From: Camelus ferus
Taxonomy: Eukaryota
DNA: 64,000 nucleotides
NCBI RefSeq assembly: GCF_009834535.1
Contig: NC_045696.1
Location: 6,760,001-6,824,000, forward strand
Direction: 5' to 3'
The notes under the pieces were generated by a model that saw only the letters and a program-made list of their open reading frames with translations, was not told where the DNA came from and made no database searches. Positions 11,980 through 24,830 of this stretch are shown here, one piece after another. The position numbers and the translations under genes were made by a program. Numbering within the stretch: the first letter of the stretch is position 1; each line of letters starts with the position of its first letter.

Positions 11980-12445
11980 TGTGTTAGGTTCCTGCAGCTG
12001 CTGAAACAAATTACCACAAACCTAGAGATGCAAAACAACACAAACTTATTATCTGATAGTTCTAGAGATCAGAAGTCCTCAAATCAAGGTGTCAGTCAGG
12101 CTGTGTGCCTTCTGGAGGCTTCAGGAAATGATCCAAGTCTTTGTCTTTTCCAGCTTCTGGAAGCCTCTACATCTTTGCCTTATGGCCTCTTCCTCCATCT
12201 TCAAAGCCAGCAAGATATCCGCGTCTTCCAATCTCTCTCTGCATTGTCCCACCTCCACCTGGGACTCTGACCCTTCGGCCTCCTTCTTATAAAGATCCTT
12301 GTGAATATATCGGGCTCACCCTGATAACCCTGGACAATCTCTCATCTCAAGATCTTTACTTGAATCATGTTTGAAAAGTCTGTTTTCCCATGTCCAGGGA
12401 TTAGGGTGTGGACATCTCTGGGAGGCGGAGACGGTCCTTATTCAT
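11980..12445 (-). mobile_element. MaLR solo LTR (MLT1D-like)
   Basis: 'gctgctgaaacaaattaccacaaacc...aaatcaaggtgtcagtcaggctgtgtgccttctggaggct...cttcctccatcttcaaagccagc...gggattagggtgtggacatct'. Confidence 0.9.
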
Positions 12446-12759
12446 TATCTTATTGTTAGTGGTAGTTTAACAAAAACCTGGGTGAGGGGGATGAATGAGA
12501 CAATAATTAAGACAATAGTGTTTCTGAGGACAGCTCTACCTAAAAACAGAAACACATCATATAGTGGAGAATCTGTAAGGTTCCAACTTCGTTCATATTT
12601 AACAGAAGAGCAGGAATTATTCTTTTTATCTTGTCAGTAAAGAGTAAGATATCTTAAAGGGAAACATGTGACACAGAAGAAATTTATAAAGTCTACTCCT
12701 TTCCCATGTATCATTAACAACCAATTCAAAACATGTTTCAGAAAAGATTTCAATCACAA

Positions 12760-13355
12760 GAGCAAAAGAAGAAACTTAAAAACCAGTTAAGGAATGAGAA
12801 ATCCATCAGTATAAATTAATAAAGCACGTATGAGGCTCACATGAGAACAACTTAAAAACTTTATGGACTGACATAAAAATACTTAGCTATACAGATTCTT
12901 CATATTCCTGGATTGAAAGACTCCATATAGTAAAGATGTCAATTCTCTCTCCAGATTAATCTGGGGGGAAAAGTTTAAATGGAACTTAAAAACTCATTCT
13001 CACGTTCAAGTGGAAAAATAACAGTAGTTTTTGAAAAATAAAAATAGGGAAAAATAATTCATGTATTCTGATATTGGAGGATATTTATAAAGTTATAACT
13101 TAATGAAGAATGGTTCTGGTTGAAGAAACAGCAGACGAATGAGACAAAATAGACATTCTTAAGCAGTTCTGAATACATAAAGAAGAATTCAGTACATTAT
13201 ATAAGATGGCATTAAAATCATTACAGAAAGGCAAATAATTATTTGATGAGGTAGCTTAGAAAAATAAGTATTTAAATTTAGAAGGGAAAAAAAAAAAACA
13301 TAGAGGCCCAACCTTATATTGTACTCCAAAAGAAATTTCCAGTGGATCCAAAAAA
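12760..13355 (+). mobile_element. Highly decayed LINE-1 (L1ME-like) ORF2 fragment
   Basis: 'catattcctggattgaaagactccatatagtaaagatgtcaattctc' and 'ctccaaaagaaatttccagtggatccaaa' are recognisable ORF2 motifs in A-rich sequence. Confidence 0.75.
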
Positions 13356-13845
13356 AAAAAGTCCTTTTGTTCACTCCCTGAATGCCTCACGTAAAGAGCC
13401 CACTGATGGCTTGGTGTCTATCCGGACACCACGCTGGAGTGACCACAGGGTCTGGGACACTCAGCACACGCTCACTGCAAGGGCCTCTCCTCCCAGCTTC
13501 CTTTATCCTCTTTCTGACCCCAAGTGCGGAAACCCAAACACACGCTTTGACAGGAGACATTGCACTAGACTTTCTGCCACCACCCAAAATATCCTCTTTT
13601 AATTTTTGCAAAATATAGACCTCAACCCATGGGGTAAATGCTCCTGGGTTTCTGACCAGACCAATGACCCATCCCTCTGGAGGAAAGAGTGAGGCAGAGA
13701 ATGTCACACAGGGACTTCCCAGACCATGCTGGGTCCCAGAAGCACAAACGTGCATAGCAAGTGATGTGCGTATGGCAGCTGCAGAAACTGTAGGAGAAAT
13801 TACCCAACTCACCAGCATAGATCTTCCTGACAAAGCCATGCTAAG

Positions 13846-14311
13846 AGTAGTGAGTAGAACTGTGTCCCAAAAAGAGACATGTTCAAGTCCTCACCCCAAT
13901 ACCTGTGCATGTGACCTTATTTGTAAATAGCCTTTGCAGGTGTAATCAAGTTAAGACAAGTTCAGACTGGATTAGGGTGGTCCCCACTCCATTGACTGGT
14001 GTCCTTGTAAGGGGAGGGAAATTTGGATAGAGGCCCAGACCTGGAGGGGAGAACGTCACATGAAGACAGAAGTACATACTGCAGGGATGCAGGTATAAGC
14101 CAAGGAGTTCCAAGGACTGCTGCCAACCACCAGAAGCTGAGAGTGAGGCATGGATGTCAGCTCTCCCACAGAACCTCCAAAACAGAACCAACCCCACTGA
14201 CAGCTTGATTTTTGACTTCTAGTCTCCAGAACTGTAAGAGAATGCGTCTCTGTTATTTTGAGCCATCCAGGATGTGATACCTTGTTACAGCAGTTCTAGG
14301 AAACTAGGACA
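13846..14311 (+). mobile_element. MaLR solo LTR (MLT1C-like), full length
   Basis: 'atgtgaccttatttgtaaatagcctttgcaggtgtaatcaagttaag...aagccaaggagttccaaggactgctgccaaccaccagaagct...ctaggaaactaggaca'. 5-bp TSD-like ctaag (13841-45) / ctatg (14312-16). Confidence 0.92.
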
Positions 14312-15464
14312 CTATGAGTTAGGTCTACTCCAACAGTCACCTTCCAGCACAGGGTGATGCTGGTGATGAGCCAAGGTGTATCTATACCTTCTTGCGAAAA
14401 GATCAGTGTATCTGGACAATTCAGTCCACTGCTAAAGGTTTAGTCCAGAGCCAGCAAATTGAATGAACCCACACCCCTCCTCCATCCCTGTCAGGACTGT
14501 GAGAAAATCTACAGCTAAATCTTCTAAGACAGGTGGCTGTGATCCTGTTTTGAGAGAAATTTAATTCTTCTGCAACCATCCTTACATACCCTGTCCAGAG
14601 AGACATTGCCCTTTAGGCAAGTTCTTTCTTAAACCCATCAACTCATGCCCGTCACCAGACAGCAGGGTTTCATCAGACAGCAGAAGGTAGGAGTAAGGCA
14701 TTTCTTTTCAGCCTGACAAGCCCTGGCTTCAGAGCCCTACTAAACAACCCTTCTATCGAGGTAGTTGAAGTCTCTGAAACCTTTGTTTGGTCAGACTCCC
14801 TTTTAAACTTACATATTTTGTTAATATCCAGCATAATGCAAAATGCGTGACCATAAGAGATGATTTATGAATGACTTTAAGGGAAGAAAAATCACTTTGT
14901 TTTGGAGTTTACCATCAGACTCATTTTTTAAGCAGTAGCAAATGAAAATCACTACTCTTTTTTCATAGGGGAAAAAGAAAGCTGAAAAGTAATAGCATAC
15001 AGATTTGGGAACTAGGTCGTTTTTATTAGACTAAATGTGTGTGAGGGATGAGAGCTTCTTGGAAATGTTCACTGTTCTCCAGTAAAGGCAAAATAGGATG
15101 ACCTGCCTTATGACTCAAAACCTATTTCCAAGAAAGTGCCTCAAAACTCCTTCCTCTGTTTGGGCTCCAGATTGACACAGATTTAAAACCTAAAACACTT
15201 ACTACCATTTGATGGTGTTTTTGTTGTATGTTTTTCATTAGTCCCAGAGTATTCATCACAATGGTAATTAGACATGTATCTCTTCTCTTAACTCGGAATA
15301 AAGTTGAATGCATTGGAAACAACACATTCCAAGAAAAGCGTAATTTGCTTTGGACTGAGATTTATAGAAGCCAAAGATAATGGGGAAGTCTTTTGTCATC
15401 TAGGAAATTGAGTGACTCTAATCATACCAATTTTTATTCCAGATCCCATGAATTTTACCTAAAC

Positions 15465-15580
15465 CAGGGGTTAGCAAACACTTTTGGTAAAGGCCAGATA
15501 GAAAGTACTTCAGGAGTGACAGCCGTATGATCTCTGCAGTAACAACTCAACTCTGCCACTGTAACAGGAAACAAGCCCTA
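15465..15580 (-). mobile_element. hAT-Charlie DNA transposon relic (MER58A-like), partial
   Basis: Terminal 'caggggttagcaaacacttttggtaaaggccagatag' and 'caactcaactctgccactgt'. Confidence 0.75.
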
Positions 15581-16774
15581 AAGAGAGGTTGTAGCGTGAG
15601 AAGGAGTTAAAACGAGGCAGGAATGAGCTGGCTGCAGAGACTAACGATTTGCTGGGGAATAGTAAGTTCAATGCAGAGAGCAATTCTTCAGGAGAAAGGG
15701 TATCATGCAGTGATTTGAGAAAATTGAAAATCATCAGCTTGCTGCCCAAGCAGTGCTTTGAACGATATGATGTCATCACAGGCAACCACAGCCTAATCGG
15801 TCTTTATGTGACGGTAATCAGTGTAGGAAATATTCATGTCCAGCATCTTTATGGATGAATCATAATGGCAGCTAAAAGAGGCTATTATGCTGTTGTAATT
15901 CATGACTCTTTATAGGCAGCCAAAAATGTTAATTCTAACAAAAGAATTTGAACACCAATGGAGGAGATCCAAAAACAAATCAAAGAAATCATATACCACT
16001 TCATCTGTTTATCTACCTCTTATACTGAAAATATTTTTGATTTTGAGAAGAAACTATCCTCTGGTATTAACTAATTATCAACATTAATTTAAAATATTCT
16101 ACTAAGAATAAATCACATTATGTAATTATTAAAAGACTGAACAGATAAATAATGACTAGCAGTTAGGTTCAATTTAAAACATTTTAATATATTTGACTGT
16201 AAGCAGACATAAAACTATTTAAATGATGAGAAATTTAACCACATGAAAATACTCAAAGCCTCTGCACCTTCTAAAAGACAAGGCATCCATGTTTCTTGGG
16301 TAAAAAGCAGGAGGGTCAGACACCAGATCTTAGAAGATGTGGCCTAGAATTGACATCCATTACTTCCTCCTCCAGCATATTGGTCGGGCGCTCTGTCTAA
16401 ATGAGCACATGGACGATTGGTGAGCAGTCGTTACAAAATGTGATGTTGCAGGTACCAAATGGAAAGACAGAGGAAGCTGTTAGTTTAGCAGGTGAATCTG
16501 AGTCTGGAGCACAGGAGAGAGATCACAGGAGAAACCAGCTAAAGGGAGAGAGAGAGTGAGACTGGGAGTTGGAAAACAATGTCCTTTGCCTAAGTCTAAA
16601 GCCCAGCTATCTCCCTAAATTTCATTTGGGAGACATGACTTAACAGCAGCAAAAAGGATTTAAAAAGCAAAACTTAAGGCCTTACGAGATCATAGACATA
16701 ATACGGAGCATCTAAGAATACATTTTAAATCAAGTTGTTTGAACAGAATTTTGTTTTTAAGAAAAGGAACATGA

Positions 16775-17124
16775 TGGGTTGCCTCCATGTCTTGGCTTTT
16801 GTAAATAACGCTGCCACGAGCATTGGGGTGCACGTCTTTTCGAATTAGCATTTTCGTCTTCTTTGGATATATATCCAGCAGTGGAATTGATGGATCAGAT
16901 GGTAGTTCTATTTTTGGTTTTTTGAGGAACCTCCAAACTGTTTTCCATAGTGACTGCAATGAAAAAGCAACGAGGGTATATTGCACAGCACAGGGAAATG
17001 TAGCCATTATTTTATAATAACGTTAGAGAGAGTATAAGCTATAAAAATACTGAATCACTATGTTGTACATCTGAAACTAATATAATATTGTAAATCAACT
17101 ATACTTCAAAAAAGGAAGAAAAAA
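16775..17124 (+). mobile_element. Short LINE-1 insertion with 5' inversion (twin priming)
   Basis: 16775-~16958 is antisense ORF2 C-terminus (ORF 16690..17007(-) '[32 protein letters not shown]'). ~16959-17124 is the sense L1 3' end with A tail. TSD aagaaaaggaacatga (16759-74) / aagaaaagcgagatga (17125-40). Confidence 0.85.
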
Positions 17125-17309
17125 AAGAAAAGCGAGATGAGAGTTCTGTTCTCTTCCAATCTGTCCAAGTTACAGTTGGGTTACTATATTCGGATCTGAG
17201 TAACGCGGGGAAGAGAAGCTGGATAAATTTAGGATGTATTCAAACTGAATACATCAGACCAACCAGAGTATTACTCTTCCCTTTGGTGGCTTGGAACATG
17301 GTGAGAGAC

Positions 17310-17378
17310 GAAGTGTCTGAGTGTGTAAGAGTGTGTGCATGTGGGTGTTGTGTGAGTGCGTGTGTGTGTCGTGTGTGA
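17310..17378. repeat. Degenerate (TG)n microsatellite
   Basis: 'gagtgtgtgcatgtgggtgttgtgtgagtgcgtgtgtgtgtcgtgtgtg'. Confidence 0.75.
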
Positions 17379-18799
17379 TTCCTAGGTTACCACTGTTTTC
17401 ATTTTAGTTCTTTGGAGAGGCTATGACACCTTCTTTCATCTTCTCTTGTAAGAAACACAGCCATTTGCCAAGGATGATGTAAATAAACCTAGTGATCTGC
17501 GTGCACTTGTGATCACCTGTCAAAGAACAGGGAAGCTCAAATACCCTCAAGTTAAAGAACCATTCTGAGCCCCCTCTGACAGAAATCTATCTGGTGAATT
17601 ATTTCATTGTGATAGGGAGACACAGGTCCCACTTACACAGTATGATATTTTAATTGCTAGATGCTAATCTTGGGTTAGTGAACTGACCTTAGCTATAAGC
17701 AGAACTCTGCTGCCATGAAAAAAAAAAGTGTATCCTTGCATTGGTTTTGTAAGCTCGGAGCCCAGAAGGACTGCAGCCAGCCTGGATTACTTTCAGAAGA
17801 GTAATTGTGTCAGCACAGTTTCCATCAATACTGGGTTCTTCTGTCAGAGGAGTAACTTTTCCTCATGTAATTTTCAGTGTAGTACAAATTAAATTGGAAC
17901 GGGTAATCAAATTTAGTATTGTTGAGCTATGGATGAAAAGTAATGAATTTTTCTAAAACTGACATACAAACATAGACTTTATTGAAAGAACCCATCTGTT
18001 ACTGTTAATATCAGCAATATGCAGAAGTGATGTTGATTACCTGCACAACGCTACTTCTCTGTCCCTTCCCCGTTCTGGCAACCCTGCCTCCCATATAGAG
18101 GCTAGGGGGCCGGAGCCTCACCTTCTCAGCAAGGATCGAATTTATAACCCAGTTGGTCTAGCCAAGGAGAACTAAGGGAAATTCTGCAGGAGAGGTTTCT
18201 AGAAAAGATTGTTCCCCCTAAGGGGAGAGAGAACATGATACGGGGGAGAGATTATGCCCTTCTGTTGGTTTTTATTCATTTTATCCTAAACGTGCATACA
18301 AGATGTTCTGGGTCAGACTCAGATTCTTATGAAGTACCTTGTAGTAAAGAATGTGTGTCCACCTCCTTGCCCCAGTGCTTACCCAAGAGGCAGCATGTTA
18401 AGAGCCAACAGGAATGTTTCCTACACAGATGATACCCCATAGGCATGGAACAGAGAGAAATAATATTTTTCTGCTTATGCAGAAAAGGAGGCAGATCTCC
18501 TCCTTAAAGTGTCCCCCTTACTCCAACCCTTTGGTATATAAATAAAATCTCTGCTGGAAGCCAGAGATCCCCAGGTGTGACACAGTATTTAAGACCTGGA
18601 GGTATGCCAAGCTTCATTCCCCCTTGAAATGTCAACATCAGGTAGCCTCTCCAGTCTTCCTAGCACTGCAGGGGCTTAATCTAGGTTCTGATGCTGGGCT
18701 TGTAACCACCTGGACCTTTGAGGGGGATGAGGGAATTTTCAATCTCCTTTTGAATTTTTTCATTCTTGTTTTTGTTTTTTCATCAAAATTATCACATGT

Positions 18800-19130
18800 A
18801 CCTACAAGAATGATCCTAATAGTGCTACTTGAAGTAGCCAAAATCTGGAAACAACCTAAATATCTATCAACAGTGGGAAGTATAAAGTTTGGTGGATTCA
18901 TACAATGGAATAGTATACAGCAGTGAGAATGAATCACCCACATATGAGTATGGATGGTCTCATGTATACAACATTGAACAACATTATGTCAAAGACAGAT
19001 ATGAAAGAGTATATTTTTTGTAATTATTTGCATGCAAAGGCCAAAAGGAGAAAAAAAATAATTTATGGTTACAAGACATTGGGGAAGTATTGACTGGAAA
19101 AGGACATGAAGTTTGCTTCTAGAATTCTAG
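18800..19130 (+). mobile_element. Old LINE-1 (L1ME-like) 3' fragment
   Basis: 'gtagccaaaatctggaaacaacctaaatatctatcaacagtggg...tacaatggaatagtatacagcagtgagaatgaat'. Confidence 0.8.
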
Positions 19131-19136
19131 AAAGTG

Positions 19137-19588
19137 TTTTTTTTTTTTTTCTTTTTATTGTGGTAAGAACACTTAATATGAGGTCCACATTCCTAAAACA
19201 CTGTCCAGTGCACAGGAGAGTGCTGTCAACTGTAAGCACTGTGCAGTGCAGCAGACCTTCAGAGCCCAGTCATCCTGCATAACTAAAATTTTACACCTAC
19301 TGAACAGCAGCTCCCCATCTCCTCCTCCCCCGGGCCCTGGTAATCACTGTTCTACTCTCAGTTTCTATGAGTCTGACTACTTTAGATACCTCACAGACAT
19401 GGCATCATGCAGTATTTGTCCTTTGGGGACTGGCTTATTTCACTTAGCATAAAGTCCTCGGAGTTCGTATGTTATAGCCTATGGTCCAATTTCCTTCTTT
19501 ATTTGAGGGTAAGTAATATTCTATTGTGGGTGTGTGTGTGCATGTGTATCACATTTCCTTTATCCGTTCATCCATCAATGGACATTAG
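19137..19588 (-). mobile_element. LINE-1 (L1MA/MB-like) 3' end with poly(T) tail
   Basis: Poly-T, then 'tttattgtggtaagaacacttaatatgagg...ccctggtaatcactgttctactctcagtttctatgagt...tggcttatttcacttagcataaagtcctc'. Confidence 0.9.
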
Positions 19589-19599
19589 CCAGACAGCTA

Positions 19600-19890
19600 T
19601 AGGTCTGATTCTCTTGGCTTGTGAACAGTCTTCGGAGGCGAGGGCTTTTCATAGGAACACTGAGAAGTCCAGGGGAGTCTTACTTCCCCGTGTCTACCCT
19701 GCTCCTATCAGACAGTTGTCTGAGGACATGCTACTCAGGCTGGAGCAGCCATGTGGCAATCACGGTGGGTGATGGTCCTGGCGTGCACGAGCTCCTACTG
19801 CCAGAGACGGTCAGTGTCCTTATTTGTTGAAGCCACTTTTCATTGGAGGTGAGTCATCCACAGCCTATAAAAAGCACCCTAATTCATATA
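19600..19890 (+). mobile_element. Ancient MaLR/ERVL LTR fragment (MLT1J/K-like 3' end)
   Basis: Ends 'ttatttgttgaagccacttttcattgg...cacagcctataaaaagcaccctaattcatata', resembling the old MLT1 3' terminus. Confidence 0.5.
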
Positions 19891-21128
19891 AAATTACAGA
19901 AGAACGTTACTCTTTCTTTTCTTTCATTCTGTTGGTTGTTGTTGTAAATGAGTGTTCAGGGAGTCATTAATAAATCATTTAATGTCTATGAAAAATGTCA
20001 CTGAAAGTGCCCCCCCCCGAAATTTTCTGACTTAAAGAGAGTCCTGGGTCACAGGGATGAAGATTCAGCTGTCAGTGGTTACTGACTCACGCCCCCTCTG
20101 AGGCCACTGAGACCACAGTGGAAACGGGAGAATGAGCTCCACCCCGTCCCCATGTGGCCAGCGTCCAAATGAGATCAGACCTCAGCTGATCTAGACAGAC
20201 CACGCTGCCCCCAAACGTGACCTCAGACCACAATAAACATATGGTACCATGGTGCCCCAGCCCACCTCAGGCCTTCAGTCCTCAATGCCACGAGGGGATG
20301 AGAGATGCACGTGCAGAAGTTCTAAGGACATTGGAGGCACCTGAAGGTCCTACCAACCATTATCTAGACAGAATTATCAATGATCAGATAATACTTTGAA
20401 CCATACACATTTTTTATTCCCCTGTTCTCTGACGTGCTCTCTGTTGCAAGATTAACTCATTGGCATGCAAATCATAAACTCCTCTCAGTGGTTAATACTG
20501 TCCATGAGTTCTCTGAGATCTCGCCAAGAGAAGCTCACCTACGTCTGCCCATCCTGGAGAAGAGACGTGTCCTGTCAGGCTCTAGCATCCAGACCCACTG
20601 TCCTGTACTTCAGAGGCGAGTTCCACTGCGCTGACGTGGGATCCTCATGCCACTGTGTGTCCGTAGTACTTCTGTTTCCTTTGGGCTGTTTGGTTTTTTT
20701 GCCTGTGGTGCCTTCCATCACTTTTGTCTCCTCTGCCTGAGTCTCTGCGTGCATGTGGGGCAGAGGGTCTGGTCCTGCCTTGGCCTTGTGTTCTTTCTGC
20801 AGTTCCCTTCTAAGGCCCCCATCCACCGTTACAGTGTGAAGCTTTTCCCTACTTTTCGCACACTAGCCTACCTCTGAAATGTCCTGGAGGAAAATCTGAA
20901 TTCCAGGTGTCTTTGCTTCTTCTTGGGTCTTTGAGAAAACTGGTGCTCGCTTCATCCCCGTCGATTTGACCAGCAGGAATGGCTGTGGGGCATCCTTGAC
21001 TTACGATCAAGGAAATCCCGGGCAGCCCCAGAAGCCCAGTTTTGTGGTGATCCCTTCAGATATTTCCGGGAGCACCTCCACCTTCAGAGTCCATCTTTAC
21101 TGGTGAGGATGGATTCCAAGTGGGATGT

Positions 21129-21494
21129 TGCTATGGGCTGAACTGTGTTCCTCCCAAATTCACATGTTGAAATCCTAACCCCCAGTAGCTCACAATGTAA
21201 CTGTATTTGGAGAAAGGGTCCTGAAGAGGAAAATAAGGTAAAACAAAGTCGTTAGAGTGGGTCCTAACCCAATACGACTAGTGTCTTTATGAGGAAAGGA
21301 GGCTAGGACACAGACACGCACAGACACAGAGGAAAGACCGTGTGGGAACGCAGCGAGGAGGGCAGGTACCAGGGAGAGATGCCTCGGAAGAAGGACCTGC
21401 TCAGGCCTTGGTCTTGAACTTCCAGCCTCTAGAACTATGAGGAAAATTAGTTCTGCTGTGATGTTTTCTCACGGCAGCCCTAGCGAACTGGCAC
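21129..21494 (+). mobile_element. MaLR solo LTR (MLT1A/B-like)
   Basis: 'tgctatgggctgaactgtgttcctcccaaattcacatgttgaaatcctaacccccag...gaacttccagcctctagaactatgagg...cacggcagccctagcgaact'. Confidence 0.92.
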
Positions 21495-22529
21495 GTGTCC
21501 ACGGGATTCCTACAGAGAACAGGTTGTCACGAAAAGAGCACGCTTTGGCCCGCTCATGATTTTATTGAACATGTATTCTGCTCTGTCCCTTCTCTAGAAA
21601 TGAACCTGTGAACGAGAGTAGGAATGTGTCAAATTCTGAGTAGGCAAAGGAAGCTTTCAGCTGTGTTTTCACGTAGAATCCATCATGATAGTGCTGGGAA
21701 GACTGATGAGGGTGGTGTTGTCCTTGAAAACTACAAAAGAATTGGATAGAGGAAGGGCTTGCTATTTAGAGAGGGTCTTACGAGAAAGAAAAACTATTAG
21801 CTGTGACTTATTCCAGAATACATAGTCACTGCCTTCGGCAACCTGGAAGGCAGCCACAGGCTAGTCATCCACCCCGTAAACAAGTTACACAGTAAGTGAC
21901 TGCCCCGCTCCTGCCTGGGGGGCCGGGCCAGAGAGCAGAGAAAGGCCCACATCTAAATAAAATGCTCATTACAGGGAGAAATGAGCGAGAAGCTGTCTAA
22001 ACACACAGGAGCGGGTAGTCATGAGTTGCACAAATGTTAGCTACCAAATATTCAGCTACAGGCATGAAGCTGTTCACCACAGTTAATTTAGATGATGTTT
22101 TATGGTGCCGTATACCTGGAAATGGTTCTTAGGGGTTGTGTTCTGATGCAGGTAATTTGGAAAGTCGTAAGACTGGCAGGGATCCAACAGTCAGTGTGTA
22201 ATTAAAGATTCTTCCCACTACAGGGAGATAACGTTTGTGACATCTGTGAACCAAGTCAGGCGTCCTGGCGCTCCCAGCTGCCTGCCTACCCCACAGGGAG
22301 GGTAACGAGCACTTGGACAGCAATGGGAAACCTGGTCAGGAGAGACAGTATTCTTCAGAAAGTGAGATGCACGAGGTACTGAAACAGTAGCTCAACCCAC
22401 TTTTGTGTAATAACGTCACTCTTGTAAATACACGAAGTATACTCGCTGCCCTTAACATTCTTAAGGCAATTTGAGAGAGTACGTTTCCATGCTTTATCTT
22501 GAGAGGATAAACTATTACCTTAACACATA

Positions 22530-23203
22530 CATATCAGTTATCTATTGTTGCTTAACAAGTGATCACGGCTCTAAACAACACATATTTGTGAGCTCACATT
22601 TCTGTGGATCAAGACTTCAGGCACGGCTGAGTTGGGTCTTCTGCACAGGGGTCTCATCAGGCGGAAACCAAGATGCCAGCTGGGGTGGATCCTCATCAGG
22701 AGGCTTGGCTGGGAAGAATCCACTTCCACGTTCACCAGCTTGTTGGCAAAACTATCTCCGTGCAGCTGTAGGGCCGAGCTCCCTAATTTCCTGCTGAAGT
22801 TCTGCCGGGGGCAGCCTCAGCTCCACGCTCCCACAGCCCGCCCTGCCTGGCTCCCTGGATGGGCGGTCCTCTCCAGCAACTCTCTCACAACAGGGCATCT
22901 TACTTCGTCCAGCCAGCGAGGGGAGGCGCCTTCTCTCCCGGGAAGGGCTTAACCTCTCTTTTAAGTGTTTCCACTGATTGTCAGACTCACTAATGATAAA
23001 CTCCCTTTCGATTAACTCACAATCAAAATTTTTATTTGATTTTATTTATTTGCAGATTTTAAAGGCGTCTGCAAAGTACTTTGACCTTTGCCATTTTCTA
23101 GAGGTTGTAGGTTCCACTTACAACTCAGGAGAATGGGATCATACAAAGGGCATGAATACCAGAAAGCAGGTCAATGGGGGTCCCCCTAGGGTCTGTACAC
23201 CAC
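22530..23203 (-). mobile_element. MaLR solo LTR (MLT1E/F-like)
   Basis: 'atcagttatctattgttgcttaacaag...gctcacatttctgtggatcaag...ggaggcttggctgggaagaatccacttcca...catacaaagggcatgaataccag'. Confidence 0.85.
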
Positions 23204-23393
23204 GGCAGTTTAGTGGTTCGTTTTTATAATTAGTACTACGTACTAGTGTTCCTACTGAGTTCTTATGAATGTTGAGTATAACAACTTTTAATGCCTGTCT
23301 TCCCTCAGTGCCTTTTGCATGTGTAGGTAGAGTCCTCATGGGGTTCTTCAGAAGCTGAAGGGGAGAGGTGGGGGGAACGGGAATGAGTAGGGG

Positions 23394-23791
23394 TGTAATA
23401 TAGAATCTGACTCCATTTTTGGCATTTGACTCTTGACAGAGTTTAAGCCCCATCACACCCCCTCTCCCTTCTGCCCCACATCTGGGCAGCTAAGAAGTCC
23501 CAGGGTTCCGTTCTCTGGCACCAGGGGGAAGTTCAAACCAGGCAAGTCCTAGCTCATCAAAGGGCACCCTCACTCCAGCCCCAGCCCCCAACCACCATCA
23601 CAGCCATGGGCACGCTTTGCTTTCCTAAGCCTTTGTCAGACCTGCTTGGAAGGCTGCTCTCTGTCCCCAGAGAGCCTCCCTATGTGCGTAATAAACCCTT
23701 CATACCCTCTCGGTGTGTGGGGTCTCACCAGTCTCAACACCCAAACCAAATTCTGGCTGCAAGTCCACCCTGCGTGTGCAGGGAGACCACA
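23394..23791 (+). mobile_element. ERV solo LTR (ERV1 class, subfamily uncertain)
   Basis: Starts TGT ('tgtaatatagaatctgactccatttttg'), has an AATAAA ('gtaataaaccc') followed by U5-like sequence, and ends ...CA. Confidence 0.65.
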
Positions 23792-24409
23792 GAGAGGGGT
23801 TCACACTGTACCCGCTGAGTCCTGACTCCCCCCAGGCATCACCAAACAGCCTGCTAAGAACACAAAGCTGAGTGTGTCGCTTACAGCATCACAACAGGGT
23901 CTGAGCAGAATTTAGGAGAGGAGACAGCAAAGTCAGGGATACTGATGAGATGTAGTGTTGGTGTGAGGGAAACCTTTAAAGGCAGGGGAGTGTTAATTAG
24001 GACTGGGGAAATGACCATCATAGGAGAGTTTAGGATCAGTTGCCACAGCAAAGGGATGGTTTTGAAAGGAGGATTTCATAAGGTCTCGGAGAGTAAAGAG
24101 TTGTTTGAGGCTATCTATGAAAAAGTCTAAGAGTTTCATGTCAATTTAGATGTTTTTTAAAAGAAGTTTCTGAACTTCTTGCAAATAGAGTTATTTGCGA
24201 TGTTTGGTTTCCTGGGGAAGAATTTCCTGGAACGGCGAGCACACTGATGAAAACAGCAGAAGAGAAAAGGCAGGTCAAGGTCCACACGGATGGTGGCAGG
24301 TGGGCGTAGATGTTTTGGGTATGCATGTTTTGAGCTCCCAAACCTGAGGGCATTTTAAGTAATCAACACTGAAGGAATTTCAAGAAAGTGAGACTCAGTG
24401 TGAAGAGAA

Positions 24410-24830
24410 GCTATGAGGAAAGGCTTTCCAAGCAAAGGGAATCTGGGGCCAAAGCTTTGGTGAGAGGACAGGGCGCGTGTGGCTCGAAGGCACTCCAGGA
24501 GCGGAAGAGTGTGACGGACGTCTGGACTTAGACATGTCCTTGGGGGCGAGAGCAGTGTGGACCCCCTCCTCCTTCAGGACAGCTTTGCAGCAGATTAGAC
24601 AAGGATGTGGGAGTCTGTCATTGCAAGTCTTAGACAGAAAGGAAGACTTCAGACTTTGCCCTTTAAGTAGTGAGGATTCCCCTGAAGGAGGCTTTGAGAT
24701 TTTCATAAAACTGATCATTTAGGCAATGTAACACTGCTGTGAGCTTGCTGACTCACAGGGCAGGAAAACCGACGGCAGGGATATCAGATGAGGAAGCCAG
24801 TGTGCTGACCCAGCTGCGAGGTCACAGAAT
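24410..24830 (-). mobile_element. Decayed L2 fragment
   Basis: 'ggaaaggctttccaagcaaagggaatctggggccaaagctttgg' and 'ggaagacttcagactttgccctttaagtagtgaggattcccctgaagg' resemble reverse L2. Confidence 0.55.

Noticed and set aside
18040..18640. Possible additional LTR pieces (TG...CA segment ~18340-18637 with TATA/AATAAA)
   Set aside because: LTR-like, but I found no TSD and could not assign a family with confidence.
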